The position numbers were made by a program, and so were the translations under genes. From positions 1,550,001 to 1,614,000 of the forward strand of contig JBLDXI010000021.1 in assembly GCA_047495785.1 (NCBI GenBank): a DNA stretch of 64,000 nucleotides, read 5' to 3'. This document shows positions 47,700-62,300 of this stretch, in pieces. The notes under the pieces are model-generated. The model did no database searches, was not told the origin of the DNA, and saw only the letters and a program-made list of their open reading frames with translations. Every line of letters starts with the position of its first letter. The first letter of the stretch is position 1. This stretch comes from Lepidodermella squamata. Lineage: Eukaryota; Animalia; Gastrotricha.

Positions 47700-50600
47700 T
47701 GTTTGATGAAAACACATGAATTAATAGTTTTGCGTTGTTGCGCCGACGGGTTTGCGTCCTCGTTGTGGCCGAGGCACAAAGCGCAACAGGAACACACAGA
47801 GCACATGCATGCGGCAGGCGACACGCACACACAACTGCAAACATTCTACAAGCTGTCGCCTGTAATTTACCCGTGCGTTTCCTTTGCGCAAAGCTGACGA
47901 CAGCGCGACCGCAATAGCTTTGTCCAAAGCAGCAGCAGCAGCTACAATAATAATAATAATAGTAATCGCCATATTACCATTATGAACTTGCATCTACGAT
48001 GATGGCCCAGTTGTTGCCCTCTCGTACTATTTGTATGCTCTGCGCGCATTGGCTACACTCTCTTGCCTGCTGCAGGACTAGAAACAGCAATAATAATGTA
48101 ATAATAATAAGCACATCTCAACGTCCCGTTGGCCACGAAAGCCATTCTTGGTTTACGCGCTTGCACTTTGGCCAACATCATATCTTGTAGTACCTACTAA
48201 TGCTGCTTGCGTACAAACACGTATTGAAACTCGTATTGCCTTTGCTCTCTGTTCAGCCTCTCGCTGCGCCATGTATTATTCCTCATATCGTCATTCTAGG
48301 TCTCTTACTGCTGGAATAAGTAGTGGGCTTGGAATACATTTCTTCTCACTCTCTGACAAACTGACTGTTTACTGACGGTGTGTGTGTGTATGCTTGTAGC
48401 ATGTAATAAGTTGTTGAGGGAGGGAGCGAACCACGGGTTTATTCGACCGCGTGCTGTTGCTTTTCCTTGCGTCTGCTGTTTCGGCTGCGGTGGTGTGGTT
48501 TTGCGTTGATGCAGCAAGGGCACCTATTGTGGAATAGGCCACCGCCGACGCCACCTCTCGCTCTTGCCATCATCATGATCATCATGATCATCATCATCGC
48601 TTGCGTTGTATCTTGCAGCTCGGCTTGAAATCTAGCTTCAGTAGATATGCAACGCGTGCGCGCGCTGCTGCCGGCGAGTATCGACTCGATCATCGCTTGT
48701 AATATGCAAATCAAACGCCTGGCTCGATAGCTTTCTCGCTCGTCTTTCTCGTAATCTGCAAATAGCCTCGCGCATTCGCAATATCACCGCCAACAGCGAG
48801 TTTTTTGGCTGTGGCATCCGCCCCGTTCGTTTGTTCGCTAGCCGGCTCTATAAACTGCCGGATGCTCGAAACGATAATAAAATGTCGGGCAACCAGCGCA
48901 GCAACACAAGGGAGCCATTATTACATTTTCGCCCGTCGTCGGTGCGGCCAATACACACACACACACACACACGATATTACATACTTATCTTCTCATCTCA
49001 GCGAAGAAACGCCAAGCCTACAAATATGTATATCGTTACTTTTATTAGCAAATACGATTAAATCGTCGTCCCAGCCGCAGTAATGTTTCACACGTCGTGC
49101 TATTGCCAATTTTTTACGTCGGCGGCGGCAGCGTCGCCAGGCTTTAACGTATATGCAGCCAGCTTACCAGAAATGCATCGTCTCTCCCTAAATAAACACC
49201 AGCAGCTGCAGCCCATTTAGAAAAATATTATTTGGCAATAGTCTCTATTTCATTCAAACTGCGTGTTCCTGTAATCTCTCGTCTAAATTTGAAGTCGCGC
49301 AATTATTTTTTGCTCTGCGGCAAGAAACAACGCACTGCAGTTTATGTGCCTTTTCTCCATATGTCACATGCGCTCGTTTTTTTTTCATATTTATTTCATC
49401 GGCGCCGACGCGCGCGTCTTGCTCGCGTGCTCCCTCTCACTAGACTATAATTCGTTTTCAATAACGAATATCGTCTCTCTCTCTCGCGCGCGCTTTGCAG
49501 CCCCCTCCCAGTTTTTCATCGTCGCCGTCGTCGTGTCGTGTGACTGATCCGATCAATTTTTCACTCGAGCCAAAATAGCGAATGCTTTTTTGCGCTTTTA
49601 ATAGTAATATTAATAGTCTTTGCGGCTTAATCTCTAACATTTTTACACTCGGTCGGCATTCTATTTCCCAGTGCGTGTTCTAACACACAAAGGCCACTGC
49701 TTGCATTACTCATGCACACATTTTATTTATATGCTATGATATATGTGTATGTGCTCATTGTTAGTATAGCAGTAGTGAAATGTAGTTGGCGATGACGTCT
49801 CTCAGAGGCGTCTGCTGCTGCTGGCGTTCAGAAGCGTGCTTCGTAGTGTGTAGAATGTGGGGACTAGCTTTTCAGGGTTGCTGCTCCGGCCACATTATAT
49901 GTGCACAAATTTATTTATGTTCTCTCTCTCTTTCGCTCTGTGTGCATGTGTTGTGTTTGTAATGTGTGTGTGTGTGTATGTGTGGGTAAATGTCATCTAT
50001 GCAGTTCAGCGCCAATCTAGTGTCATGTCAGCGACACAAATTGAGGCCTGCTGCTGCTGCTGCGGCGACGGCGGCGGCTGTGTTGCGCAGTAATAGAATT
50101 CAGCACTGTGATTTTCCGATTACCATTGTTTTGTATTTCATCTTAATTTCATTTCCCAGTCCATTTTTTAGTGTTTGCCAAAAGTTCTTGCTACAAACAT
50201 ACACACACATAGACAAATTCGCGCACACGCAGGCTTCATTAAACATCACCATCGTCATATCATTGCACGCGCCTATCCTTTGACTTTTTCATCCTCGCAT
50301 TTGAGCCTGCGAGAGATAATAATAACACGCTGCTTATGCAGGCAGAACAAGAGGCTGCACAGAAATTGCCGTTGCTACTACTGCTTGAATTGCGTAATTA
50401 TTTGGTTCAAACCGGCACGCGTTAGTTTTTCTGCTTTGCGTTGATAGAAAGCGGCACGAGGCCCTGAAATAAAATAGACACGTGCCACTTTTTGTTTTTC
50501 TTATTCAACACGCCAGCCAGCAAGCTAGCAAGCTGTCATTTAGTCGGCTTGCATAATTTTAAATTCGATTGAGAAAATCCGTTGAAATTTTTTCGACCGT

Positions 50601-52579
50601 TTATTCTAAAATTGTATTAATTTTTTCTCGACTATAGGAAGTAATAGCGATTAATTCGCAGTCGTCCACCAACATTGTATGGACGAGTTATATAAAAGCT
50701 TTCTACAAAGCCCAATTTTGTCTCAATTCTTTGCATCGGCCGCCGCAAATGGTAACTTAAATTCTGCTCAAACGGCACCGCAACAACAGCAACAGCAGCA
50801 GCAACCGTCTGGTCTGCCCTGGCTTGACGGTTTTGTCAATCAAGAGAACAAAGCTAATGGCCAACAAACGGCCGTTGAGAACAGTCAGCAGCAGCAGCAG
50901 GTTTGTTATTTTGTCATTATGCTATGCCAGTGTGTGTTTTTTCTCGTGTGAGACGGAAATTGCGCCTTTTTGTAATCTTTGTTTGCGAAACTGGTGCTTT
51001 TCATTAAGGCGGTTGTTTTACAAAACCACCACCGCGTGCTTTTAGGGCAAGAAATAATCTCCTCGTTAATTTCCTATTATTTTTTGTTCTCATAGCATTG
51101 ATAAGACCCGTCTGGCATGTCGTTGGCGGTGCTGTTATGACCCCTAGTAGGGCATAGGCATTCTTGTTGTGATTGCAGACAACAGTTTTTTTTGTTATTC
51201 ATTCGTCATCATTTAATAGAAAATATTATATGCGGTGTGCATTTCTACTTCCGCCGGGCTCCGTCATTTTACTCCGTCTTATTTCGGGCGATATTTAATG
51301 TCAAAATTATTATTAGCGCCGCGGCATACTACTATAGGCGAAATTCGCGTTTAGATACTGCCATCTCATCGTCGTCTTCGTTGCCGGCGCTGTTTCATAT
51401 TCTCTGAATCACACAGACGACAGTCATGCTGATGATTATGATGGTGATGTACTTTTGCGGCAAAAGCGTTTGATAGATTTCATTCTGCGCAGAAATCAAT
51501 ACCTGCTGCTGCTGCCGCCGCCCACTTGGCTTCGCTGCTGGCTGTGCTAGACGTATGCTATGTGTGCTATGTGTGTATGCGCATGTGTCTCAGGTTCTTT
51601 TTTGCGAGCTGTGTATTCTGTTTGCATGTTCGGCGCGGCATAAAAAACACGTGTATATGGTGCATTGGCGATTTCACTAAAAATAAGATATTCACTTGCA
51701 CGTAGCGAATTATAGGTGGGGAAACGAGCTCGTTTTTTTTCATCCATTACCCCGCCATTCGATGCGTATGCTTGTCGAGTTCTCTCTCTGCCGGCACGGC
51801 GCCTATTACTCATTTATTTCATTTATGTCTGTATACGAGGGGCAATACTAATAATAATATTATTAGCCATGGCGTGTAAATGTATCGTATATGCTGCTTT
51901 CATGCGTTGTAATGGTTTTCGCATGCATTATAAACTGTGTGTAAGTAAAAGCTTCTCAATGCGTCGCTAGTAGGTATTTGTAGCCGCATCATTTGCAATA
52001 AAAAGGGCAGCAGCAACAGCAGCAGCAGCTTTCGCCTTAGCTCATTCGGCCTGCACAACTGAGCCAAGAAGTCGTCGCTCTCGTTATTACATTTACACAC
52101 ACGTTCATAAACACGCGAACGTTTTATCGCGCGCGCCAGTCTAACTTACAACGTGTCATGATAATTCCACGCGGCACAGGCTCGGTTTTGGCTGCGACTG
52201 CTATGAACTGGCCTAGCTTCGCGATTAGTAATTGATATGATTATATGCGTGTGTGTGTGTGTGTTTCGAGTGCAATAACTACGCTAGTTTTTTTACACTT
52301 CCTTTAAAACACGTGTTTATTGTTTTTTTTATCTACTAGCGATTACTTCAACACAATGTTATCGATGCGGCAAAAATGCTGACGGCTAATCCGATTGCGC
52401 CGGTCAAAACCGAGCCAAGTCACCTCGTGAAAGAAGAAGTTCGGTCCGCGTCAACGAACCCAACTTCAGCAGCTTCGAATAATAATATTAACAACCAACA
52501 TCCCCTACCTTCCGGACTAGTGCTTTCCTCCCAACCGTTGATGAACCCAGCGAGTTGGATGTCTCCACCTGGTCAACAA

Positions 52580-52615
<36 letters not shown>

Positions 52616-53000
52616 GCCGATCAACGGCAGAAAGAGGTCATGGCAGAGCAGCTGCGCATGATGAGCGCTTTCGGCGTAAGTACCCTCAATTATTTGCCTT
52701 GTTTCCCGCCCGACACAATAGACCGGATATGCGTTTTTTTCGAGCGCGCGACTTTTTCATGCAGCTCGTCTAGTGGGCGTGCCCGCCGTTGCTACTGCTG
52801 CTACTGTAAGAACTGGAACTTGTCTGTCTTTTTTTCAACAGTCGTGCCTGCTAGCCGAGTTCGTTCGTAATTTCTGCGTTTGCTCAAGAGATCAATAGAG
52901 CTCTGGGGCAACATGCGCGCTGCATTTATGCTCGGCGTGGCGTATTATTTTTATTGCTCTTGCATTCATCATGTGTGTGCGTGTGTCTGTGTGTCAACCA
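47700..53000. repeat. Microsatellite-rich upstream/intronic region of KDM3 (CA/TG, CAG/CTG, AAT, ATC tracts)
   Basis: e.g. (AC)n at ~48953-48972, (TG)n at ~49963-49977 and ~52250-52264, CAG/CTG runs at ~47929, ~50049 and ~52575. Confidence 0.8.
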
Positions 53001-56000
53001 GGGCCCAGCAGCAAAATGAAATCAAGTGAATTGCGATGCGTAATTCGCTGTGTTGACATGTTGAATGAAACTACAAAAAAATACGCAGAAATTTATAACG
53101 CTAATTTTTCTCTTTAGTTTCCTGGAGTGGGCTTCGGCCTCAATCCATCGATGTTTGCCGCGCCGCCTGGTAACTTTCAGCCCAACGGGCAGCAGCCTCA
53201 ACAACCTCAAGCTCTACCGTCGATATTTGCCCCTCGACCACCTCCGATGGCAAACGGCTCTGCTGGGCCGTCTCCTTTCTTGCCACCTCCGCAGCACGAA
53301 CAAGTGCCGCAGTCACAACCGGTTGTCGACAGCGATCAGTTCTACGCGCAGCTAATTCAAGACACGCTGCGGCAGAACATGGCTGCCGCGGCCGCTTCGT
53401 TATTTTCTGGCTCGCCACAGCCGCCAAATGCTGCTTCTTCGCCGCTATGGGCAGCTCTTATCGCCCAACAAATTCAGCAGTTACACCAACCAGGTCCTCA
53501 ACAAACACCACAGCAAGCTATGCTACAATATCAGAGCGTCCTCAATGATCAGCTGGCTCAGCAGGTGAGGATACTAAGATCGAATTAAATTACCTTGAAT
53601 TAAAATTGAAAATTATTAAGGTGGAGTTTTCTAATCGGTTTTATATTTTTTTCTCTAGCGTAAAGCGGCTGAATCTGCTGCGAAGCCTTGCAACGGTGAT
53701 TCTGGTGTGAAGTTACCACAGCAGCAGCAACAACAACAGCAGTTAACCCAAACGCCTCAACCGGCATTAAAAGTGTCGACAGGCACTTCGCCTGGCGTTT
53801 CAGCTGGCAGTGCCGGTGATATGGGCGCTATGGGGTCACACGAACGCGTTCAATACTGGCTTTACGGCCAATCGCTGACAACGCCACTGCCAACCTCGCT
53901 GGCGGGTCGCGAATCATCCCCGATTCAGGCGCCGCCTCCCGCACCACCAGCGCCTGCTCCTCAACAACAACCGCCGGTTCCGCAACCGCAACCGGCTGTA
54001 GTTAAAGCACCGCCACAGCCAAGCAGCTACCCAGCGCTTTCGCTTCCTCCTATCGTTTCTACCGGTGGTTCGATCACAAGTGGCCAGCCTGTTATTACAT
54101 CGCAGCAACATCAGCAGCAACATCCGTCGGTCGCTTCCATGCCCGCGCCGGCTACAAACGGCATTTCAAGCCAACCGAACAGCCGGCCGTCATCACGGGC
54201 CGCTCAAATTGCGACATCGCAACATCGGATGTCACCACTGACAACTGGCGGAGCGCCCGACGCTAAGCGGCCGAGAATCGCTACGCCTAATTCCGTTAAG
54301 CTGGATGCAGGTCATAAACCTGAATCGCACGGAGTGTCGTTGTGTGGTCAATTGAGCCAGGAAGAGCGTATCAAGCATTACGAAGAGATCATCGATTATG
54401 TCGTGGCTAATGCTCATCTGATGAGCCCACCCGCCCAGGTCGAACCTGTGCCGACCGATCTCACGTTATGCGGCGCGTCGACTCCCTCGTATTCGAATTC
54501 CAATATTGCCGGCTCGCTGGCCGGGTCGAGCAACGGAGTCGTCCACAACGCGATTCAGGACACGACCGCATCGTTACTGCTCCTGCAAAGCGGTGATATT
54601 GCCGCGAATTCGCCCTTACCCAGTCATCAACCGGCTAATCAAGCGGTTAATCAAGCGGTTCGTGACGAGCTGTCACCGTCGTCATCGTCGAATAATTCGC
54701 CGTTTGCGTCGATGAACAGCAGCGGCGCGCCGGCCATGCCTAAAAAAGCCTGGTTACAACGCATGAATGAATCTTCGGTGAATCCGACCACCCCGGCTCC
54801 TGTCACCCATCATCACCCAGCCGCCCCGGACAGCCAGTTCTCGCCATCGATTTCGACAGCTTCGTCTCACAACGCGAAATCGCCGCATGTGAATGGCGAC
54901 GGTGAAAAAGCGTTGAATCTAGCATCACCGGTCTCGCCCAGTTCGATTTACCTTCAACCGGCGCCATGCATGCTAGCAGCGGCCAAGATAACGAAGTGCC
55001 GCGAATGTCGCCTCGCCCAGACCAATCGTCCGCAGAATGAATTTTGCCGGTTCGAAGGCTTCCGCCGGTTACGACGGACATCACGTGACCACGTGCTGTC
55101 GGAGGGTTTCCTCACTTTGGCTGATGTCAGGCCGGATGACGAGGTTACCTGGTTACCCAGTGAAAAAATGGACAGGCGAGGGCTCACACCTAACCTCGCC
55201 AATTACGCTGTCAGTCAGTTGTCATCAGAATTTCTGGCGACGTGCCGGTCGGAGCTGAGTGTGATTTACTCGTTGCGGGCTCCGCTGCGATCGTTGGCAT
55301 GGCGGCGTCTCGAAGATCGGTTCCGAGAGCTGTGCGACGTGTGCTCGACCACTCTGTTCAACCTGCATTGGTTTTGCGTGAAATGCGGCTTCGTCGCGTG
55401 TCTCGAGTGCTTTCAGCAGCGCCAAGCCGAAATGCAGGGCAATTTACCTGAGGCGAGGCGTTGGCTCACCTGCTTGTCCGCTAACCGGGCGAAACACGAG
55501 TCTGACAAGTTGCTGCCTGCTGTCATCATCCCGCCAGAGTGCATGCAGCTGGTCGTCACCCAGGTGGAAAAATGCCTCGCCCAGGCGCCGCCTTCCATCG
55601 ATGGCCTGCTTGTAGCAGCGGCAGCTTGTGAAACTAAGCCTCAACCCGAAAAACCGGGTATGAGCTCACCTCTCGACATTCTGGCGGAGGTGGCTGCGAA
55701 CTCTCTTGCCCAGGTGAGATTTTGTGACTGCACACTTTTTCAACCTTGGATTTAACGTTTTGTTATTAATTTAGGCGCCTACTCCACCCTCGAAGCCGTC
55801 GATAGCACCCCGGCCTGGTATTTATGAAGTGATCGGAACGCAGCAAGTCGTTCGGTTTTTGCAACCGTTCGTGCCTGGCGATGACTCGATGTCAACCCTT
55901 GGCCCGCAGTTCCTGCAACAGGGCAAGCCGTGCATCGTCTCTAACATCCGATTCCGCCAAAACTGGTCAGCCGCGCAATTCGCGTCGTACTTCGGCGACC

Positions 56001-57151
56001 AGCGCGTGGCCCTTGTCAACTGCGTCGCCTTGTCCACGGTTGACAACGTTTCCCATTCAGATTTCTGGAACGGCTTCCGGTCACTTCGAGCTCGTCTAAC
56101 TGAGCAGAAGTCGCAGAACCCGATCTGCTTGAAGCTAAAGGACTGGCCGTCTGACCGGCGGTTCGCCGAGCTCCTGCCTGACCACTTCAGCGATCTCGTC
56201 GCCTCGCTGCCGCTGCCGCTTTACACCACGCCGGGCGGGGCGATGAATCTGCCGAGCTACCTACCATCGTCTTTCGTCGCGCCCGACCTAGGCCCGAAAT
56301 TATACGCGGCCTACGGAACCGGCGCCCAGGTTAAGGTGGCTACCACCGCTCTTCATCTAGACATCGCTGACGCTGTTAATATCAGTGTGTACGTGCAGCC
56401 GCTGGAAGATGACAACGGGGCCGAGTTGAAGGCAGTTCGCGACTACGTCGAGTCTTGCCCTTTCATTGCCGAAGAATACAAGCGCCGTGCGAAGGCCGGT
56501 GAATTACCTGGTGCAGTGTGGCACATTTTCGCGACTAAAGACGCCGAAGCGATCCGCAGCTACCTTAACCACAATCGCGCGGCGGCGAAATCGAACAAAG
56601 ACGCGGCCGTTCGTAGCTCCGCCGACCCCATCCACGATCAAGTGTGGTACTTGGACGACTCGATGCTGACCGAACTGCGTGACATGTACAGCGTCGTGCC
56701 ATACACGATTGTGCAGTTCGCGGGTGATGGTATTTTCATCCCAGCAGGATGTGCCCACCAGGTTCGGAACTTGCTTTCATGCGTGAAAGTTGCGATCGAT
56801 TTCGTGTGTCCGGAGCGCGTAGCTGTGTGCCACCGGTTGACAGACGAGTTCCGCCGGTTGCCCGACAGCCACCTTAATCATGAAGACAAACTGCAGCTGA
56901 AAAATATTTTGTATCACGCTGTGAAGGACATTGTCCCAGCTGCTGGGGTTGCCCCGCCGGTTTTCGTCACCCAGAAGCAAATTGTTGAGCCCGTCGCACC
57001 TCCGTCGCCTGCCTCGTCATCGCTGTCGTCTTCGGATCAGCGAAGCCCGAATCTTGTCATCGAAATGGATCAACGCAGCAACAAAGACGCTGACGACGAT
57101 ACAGCGCTATCAGCGATGGCGCCCTCCAGCTGCCAACTAGCGCTATCCTAG
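50679..57151 (+). CDS. KDM3: KDM3/JMJD1-family H3K9 demethylase; exons 50679-50900, 52340-52675, 53118-53564, 53659-55713, 55775-57151
   Basis: CRECR..FCRFEGFRRL, C6 finger RELCDVCSTTLFNLHWFCVKCGFVACLEC, SPLDILAEVA, LKLKDWP, PDLGPKLY, TTALHLDIADAVN and FIPAGCAHQVRN (Fe ligands H-D-H intact), HEDKLQLKNILYHAVKD; all five exons join in phase 0. Confidence 0.95.
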
Positions 57152-58321
57152 AACTGATTTTCTATTTGTTGAAGCACGAAACCTAACATTATACGATCTT
57201 CTAAAACGCGGAAAGTGGACGACTAACGATATTCCATGTATAAAAAAGTATATTTAATTGATCAGTGGCTCTCTTCTCTCATCTCTTTTCGAATGTTCAT
57301 CTCCTCGCCAACGACTGTGCGTTGAACACTACTGAAACGGCGACCAAGACTTGATGACCCTGAAACAGAAAACCTACATAAAAACAGCACTATTTTAAAT
57401 GCCTATATATTTGTATTGTCAAATAAGAAAAGAGAAAAATACCTATTCGTATGTATGATTAAATAGCAGTTATATTATATCGAAAACTGAAATAATATCT
57501 AATATTGTTAATATTCGCGCGATACAAAGCCATTCGGCTAAAATTTGAATCGAATAAACTTATTGCTTTTTCGCTACTTCTGACGACAATTATTTCGTAC
57601 AATGAATGGTAGAACTGATCAATGCCTGTAATAATCCCATCTCCCAATTTCTCCTACAATAGCTTGAAAAATCACTGTGCACAATTTCTTTCCGATTTAA
57701 TTGGGAGGCTGTTTTGAATGGTCGAGCGCATCGTTTTCTGTTCTAGGTGGGTGAACTCGTGGACGATTGTCGTCTTGTTCGCCGCACGTGTCAGTGGTGA
57801 TACGCGAAGCATCGAATAAACATGTTTTGAGTCAATAGTTGAAATAGCTTGTTCTGAGATGGATATATCAGGATATGTTGCTTTCTCTTTTCTTTCTGTA
57901 TCTTTCTTTTTCCTGGATGATCGATTTTGCCGGCGCCGTTATTACAGTTGTTTCTTTTGTTGAGTTGCTGGAAAAGCGAGAGAGAATAAAAACGCAGTTC
58001 GGATTACTAATGTCTTGTTTATTTTTCGGGGGGTGTCTCTTTGGTTGTCATCAGACAGATTGCAGGCTGCAGGAGCATTTAGTGATTTCGTGCAATGAAA
58101 TCTAACTTTGACACTAAACTGTTCAAGAAAGAAGAGTTTCAGCATTTCTTCGATTGTAAAATTTTCAAGTTGCAATCTGGGCTATAGAGGTAAGCAGGAA
58201 TTGGTATGTTGAAGCCCATTATCTGCCGAGTCGACAACAGGTCGAATGGGTTAAAGATGAAGTTCCAGTTCGACTACTTTCTTCATAACAACTTTTTAAC
58301 GCCGAGAATCGAACATACCTA

Positions 58322-58424
58322 CCGTCAGACTTTACGGTACCCCACTCATTTACCTTACCATCTTCGATTTTTGGTATGCTAAAGTCACCCCATTTTGGCA
58401 TGTCAAAGTCACCCCATCTGACGG
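58322..58424. mobile_element. Tiny internally deleted TA-flanked Tc1/mariner-type (pogo/Fot1-like) MITE remnant
   Basis: TA|CCGTCAGA...TCTGACGG|TA termini; AAAGTCACCCCAT occurs twice (58381, 58405) next to the right end. Confidence 0.55.
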
Positions 58425-58919
58425 TATGTAGCTTGTAGAACATAACCATGTAGAGATTATAATATCAATATACAACAAACACAGATTTAAGATCTGATGT
58501 TGATTGTGAATTCGGGTATAGGGAAAAGCGTCAGGTTGGACAGTCTATACCATAACCACCACTCCGTGCTGTCAACGATATTGGAAGATTTCCGAATTTT
58601 CTGACTTCATTTTTCTGACCTATAAATCATCGAGCAGTGCGGAGTATTGCTACGGATTGCAAGTATCCACGTTTTCCTATCCTGTTATAATATTATCATA
58701 TCAAAGAATAACTTGTTTCAGCGAGACCACGGTCGTGAATCGGATTGCTATTTGTTACTTATTTGTTTTGTTTTCATTTCTCACCGATGTTGCGGCCTCA
58801 CATAGGCCACCATAAGTGCCCGTTCCTTCCGTAAATCATTCTTCATTTTGAGCAAAAATTGCTCCTATCTATTTACGGAGAATTCTCAGAAGCGCTAGAT
58901 CTTCTAGAGTCGCCAACTG

Positions 58920-59370
58920 TCCTTTCATTGTTCGCCGCTGGTTTTTCACCGCGGCACTCGCGGCCTCCAAGGTTTCAATTTGTACTCAGGCACGGTATGT
59001 TCTCCTGCTTTGTACGAAATCAAATATGCTACTGCTATCAACAATCGATTTTACCTTCAGAGTTGAACAGTCAACATTTGCTCCGGTTTCGGCTTTGCTA
59101 TCTATATTGGTAGATAGGTAGCAATATTTGGGCCAGGCTACTGTTTGTGGATGGGGTTATGAAGCTTGACCCTACTGTTACCTGTTACCTTACTTGCTAA
59201 ACGCTGGTTTCGGCATTGAAAATGTAGCATGATCCACACCTACATCATTTTTCGTGGTCTGCCTGTAAGCTGTAAGCCCTCACCGATTGCGTCAACATCA
59301 CTAGGCTATATTGCCAAATCTCACTGTTAACTCGCTCAATACACTGGTTTTCATTGGTATAATCTAGTCA
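58920..59370 (+). pseudogene. Possible decayed trypsin-like serine protease fragment
   Basis: Scattered ordered motifs in shifting frames: IVRRWFFTAA (cf. RWVLTAAHC), QATVCGWGY and LVFIGII*S; catalytic motifs not recognisable. Confidence 0.22.
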
Positions 59371-62300
59371 TTAATCCGCATCTATCTCTCTGTTCTCTGT
59401 CGTAGCTTGTAAGGCAGGAAAATATCTGGTCTAAATCTAACTCATTGAATCGAGAACAAAACTATAATTGGTTTCAAGCTAGATTTTTTATTATTTCTCG
59501 TCACCTTTTGTGATTAATTAAAAACTAACCAGAGAAAACAGAAAAAGAGAGCGAGCGAGAGATAAGAGAAATGTTTTATTTAAGACGACGATGGTTAGAT
59601 GACACAAATGCGACTTTTGAATGTGCGTTTCCAATTGAATGTTACAACTCATATTCAGGAGAATAATTCATAATCAGTTCATCAACGCCGGTTTTGATAT
59701 CATGAGTGGCGCATAGTCAACGGATCAATTTTTTCCAGTTGTCAATCAAGCAAACGATAAGATCGCGCGATCAACGTTTTCCTAATCAACTCATCCTTAT
59801 AGATCGACAGTGAGAAAAGAGAGATAGAGAGAGAAAAGATGAAGGCATAGAAGAAATAAACACCAATCGATACGAATTATTATTATTGTCAAATCAGCAC
59901 ACATAGGAAAGTCTCATTTCAAAAAAATTCGCCAAAAATGAACCATTTATGAAAGTTTTTCCCTTTTATAAAAAAACTAAGAAAAAGTTTTTCTACAAAA
60001 ATTGACTATGGCTCAATTCGTTTTCGCTTCATTCTCGAGGGATGAAGGGAATAAGGAAAGGAGCTTGAGTGTGCACAAAGACTAAGACGAATTTATCCTC
60101 TAAACCGCAAGGCCCACCGCATGCCAAGCAAAGCATAGGTAATAACAGAAAGTGGCATTTTCTGACCAAAACCATCGAACTTGGATTTCTTCCAAAAAGG
60201 TAAGTATGAAAAACTATAATAAGATACAAATGCAACGGCAAAGCGAAAAAGACCAAAAATGTTGCTGGAGGAAGTTCTCTGCTGCGCAAAAAGTTATTAT
60301 TTGTAATTATGATTTTCGATTTTTTTCACAAAAATTAGTAGCCAAATTGACGCACAGTGAGATGATACGGGCCGGTGGTGCAAAAACACCGCCCTACAGA
60401 AAAAATTCGAAGCGGCAGGAAAAATAGGCCACAAATGAATTGTAGAGTCGTAGAAAAATCATCAAACAGCTCTCAGCGAGAAAATCACGTAAGAAGTTGT
60501 TTGCAAATTATCGTTATTCAAAAAAACCGCGAAGAGAATTTGAATTGATTTCAGTCAATTAATGAAGATGCAAAACTACTTAATATAAAGTGGCACAAAA
60601 TGGAGAACGAACTTGAATTAGGAATTTTGAAGGTAATTTACCTTGTGTTATATCATTCAGCAAAAGTCTAATAGTTTTGAAAAAACGAGTTCTCATGAAA
60701 AGAGCGATCCTTGTCGAAAATTAACAGCGATTAAGCGAAACTCAGCTATTCCTTTCCCAGTTCGATTTGCATTGCTCTTTTCGAAAAATCGCATGCATGC
60801 CCTAACATTAGGAGTCGTCAAAAATAGCCTTTTTCGAGACCAGCGCGATTATTAGCTGAGTGATGGCCGACAAACAGTAAGAGAGATACTAAAGAAGAGA
60901 GAAGGGAAATGAACGAGGTACCATCATCATTATTATCATCAAAACCGTTGTAACATTTACGCTCCAACTCTCGTCACTGAAGAAAATAAGGAGAGAGCAA
61001 GGCATCAAAAAGACACATGAATGAGCCTAAAAGTCGAAATAATAACAATCCTAGCTTTTCCCACACTGAAACTGCGTCGGCTTGTCTGAAAAATTTTGGT
61101 AAGAAATTAATAAATTGGTGATAACTATATGAATAACGTATATAATAGTCACACAGCAAAAACCGAAAGATTTTAGGAACATTAAATATATATATTCATA
61201 TTTATTATCCAACATTTGCGTCACGCAGGGCATGTTACCAATCGATTAGTCAATGACGATTGGATATCAGACAAAAAAAACTAAAAAGTGAGCGTTTCTT
61301 ATATTCAATCTTTCAAATTAACTTCATAGTAAAAAGTAACGCGAATAATAACAGAAAACAAGCATAGTACTGATAGTACATTCAGCCCGAGAATAAACAG
61401 TATTTGCATTTTACGAAACATGGATTCACGCGAGAAGAATATAGCCGTAATCAAAACTTAATCAACAGAGCTATCCGTCATCGTCGATTTTTTGTTAAAA
61501 AAACAAGCGCACGCCGGTGCCGTTGCTCTCTAGCAATCTTCATTTCCATCATCATCGAGAAAAGAGGCCAAAAGACAAGAAAGAAAAGGTGATTGATTAT
61601 TAATTTGTTAATTTCTAAATATATATTTATATCTGCATGTTTTTTGGGAGCGGTGAGAACACGTGAGCATATATTTCGCAAGTAAAGAAAAACGTAGCTA
61701 ATAAAATGACTGACTGCTTTGTTTTAGAAAAAAAATCCAATCAAAAATTCCAGGAACAAATCAAGAAAAGAATATCGCGTGTTAGCTTCTGAATATATGT
61801 ACAACGGGTTGGTTTATTGATGATTACATAATCAATTAATTAGACACGTCGTCAATTTCTATGGAGCTTTTAGGTGGTTTTTACCAAACCTCAATTTTTA
61901 CGAAAACTTGCAAAAAGAAAATCGCATCGAAAACAAAACTAAAAAGTTATGCACAAACATTATATAATTGAAAAACAATCCGCTCTAATCGTCGAAATCT
62001 GTGGTCTGAAACAATAAACAATCGTTTTATCTTCATCATCGCTTATCAGAAGAATTTTATCAATCATTGCCGAATGAAAGGGAAGAAAGGAAAAGCGCGA
62101 ATAACACTGGTTCCCGCCGGTAAATTGAAATATAGATGTTTTCTCAAAAATTTCTTATACGAATATAGATGATGACTTGGAGATATTATGATGAGTTAAA
62201 TTGATAGAAAAATCACCAAAAATCATGATAAACGGGTAAAGATAACTGTGTGATGCTCGTGTATCAAACACGGGCCTAACCGCGTCGATTAGACAAGAAT

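Noticed and set aside
47600-52300. Many 60-100 aa ORFs
   Set aside because: Products of microsatellite/low-complexity sequence, without splice context or homology.
58219-58449. 76-aa ORF with repeated WGDF motif
   Set aside because: The peptide repeat comes from the subterminal direct repeats of the small MITE.
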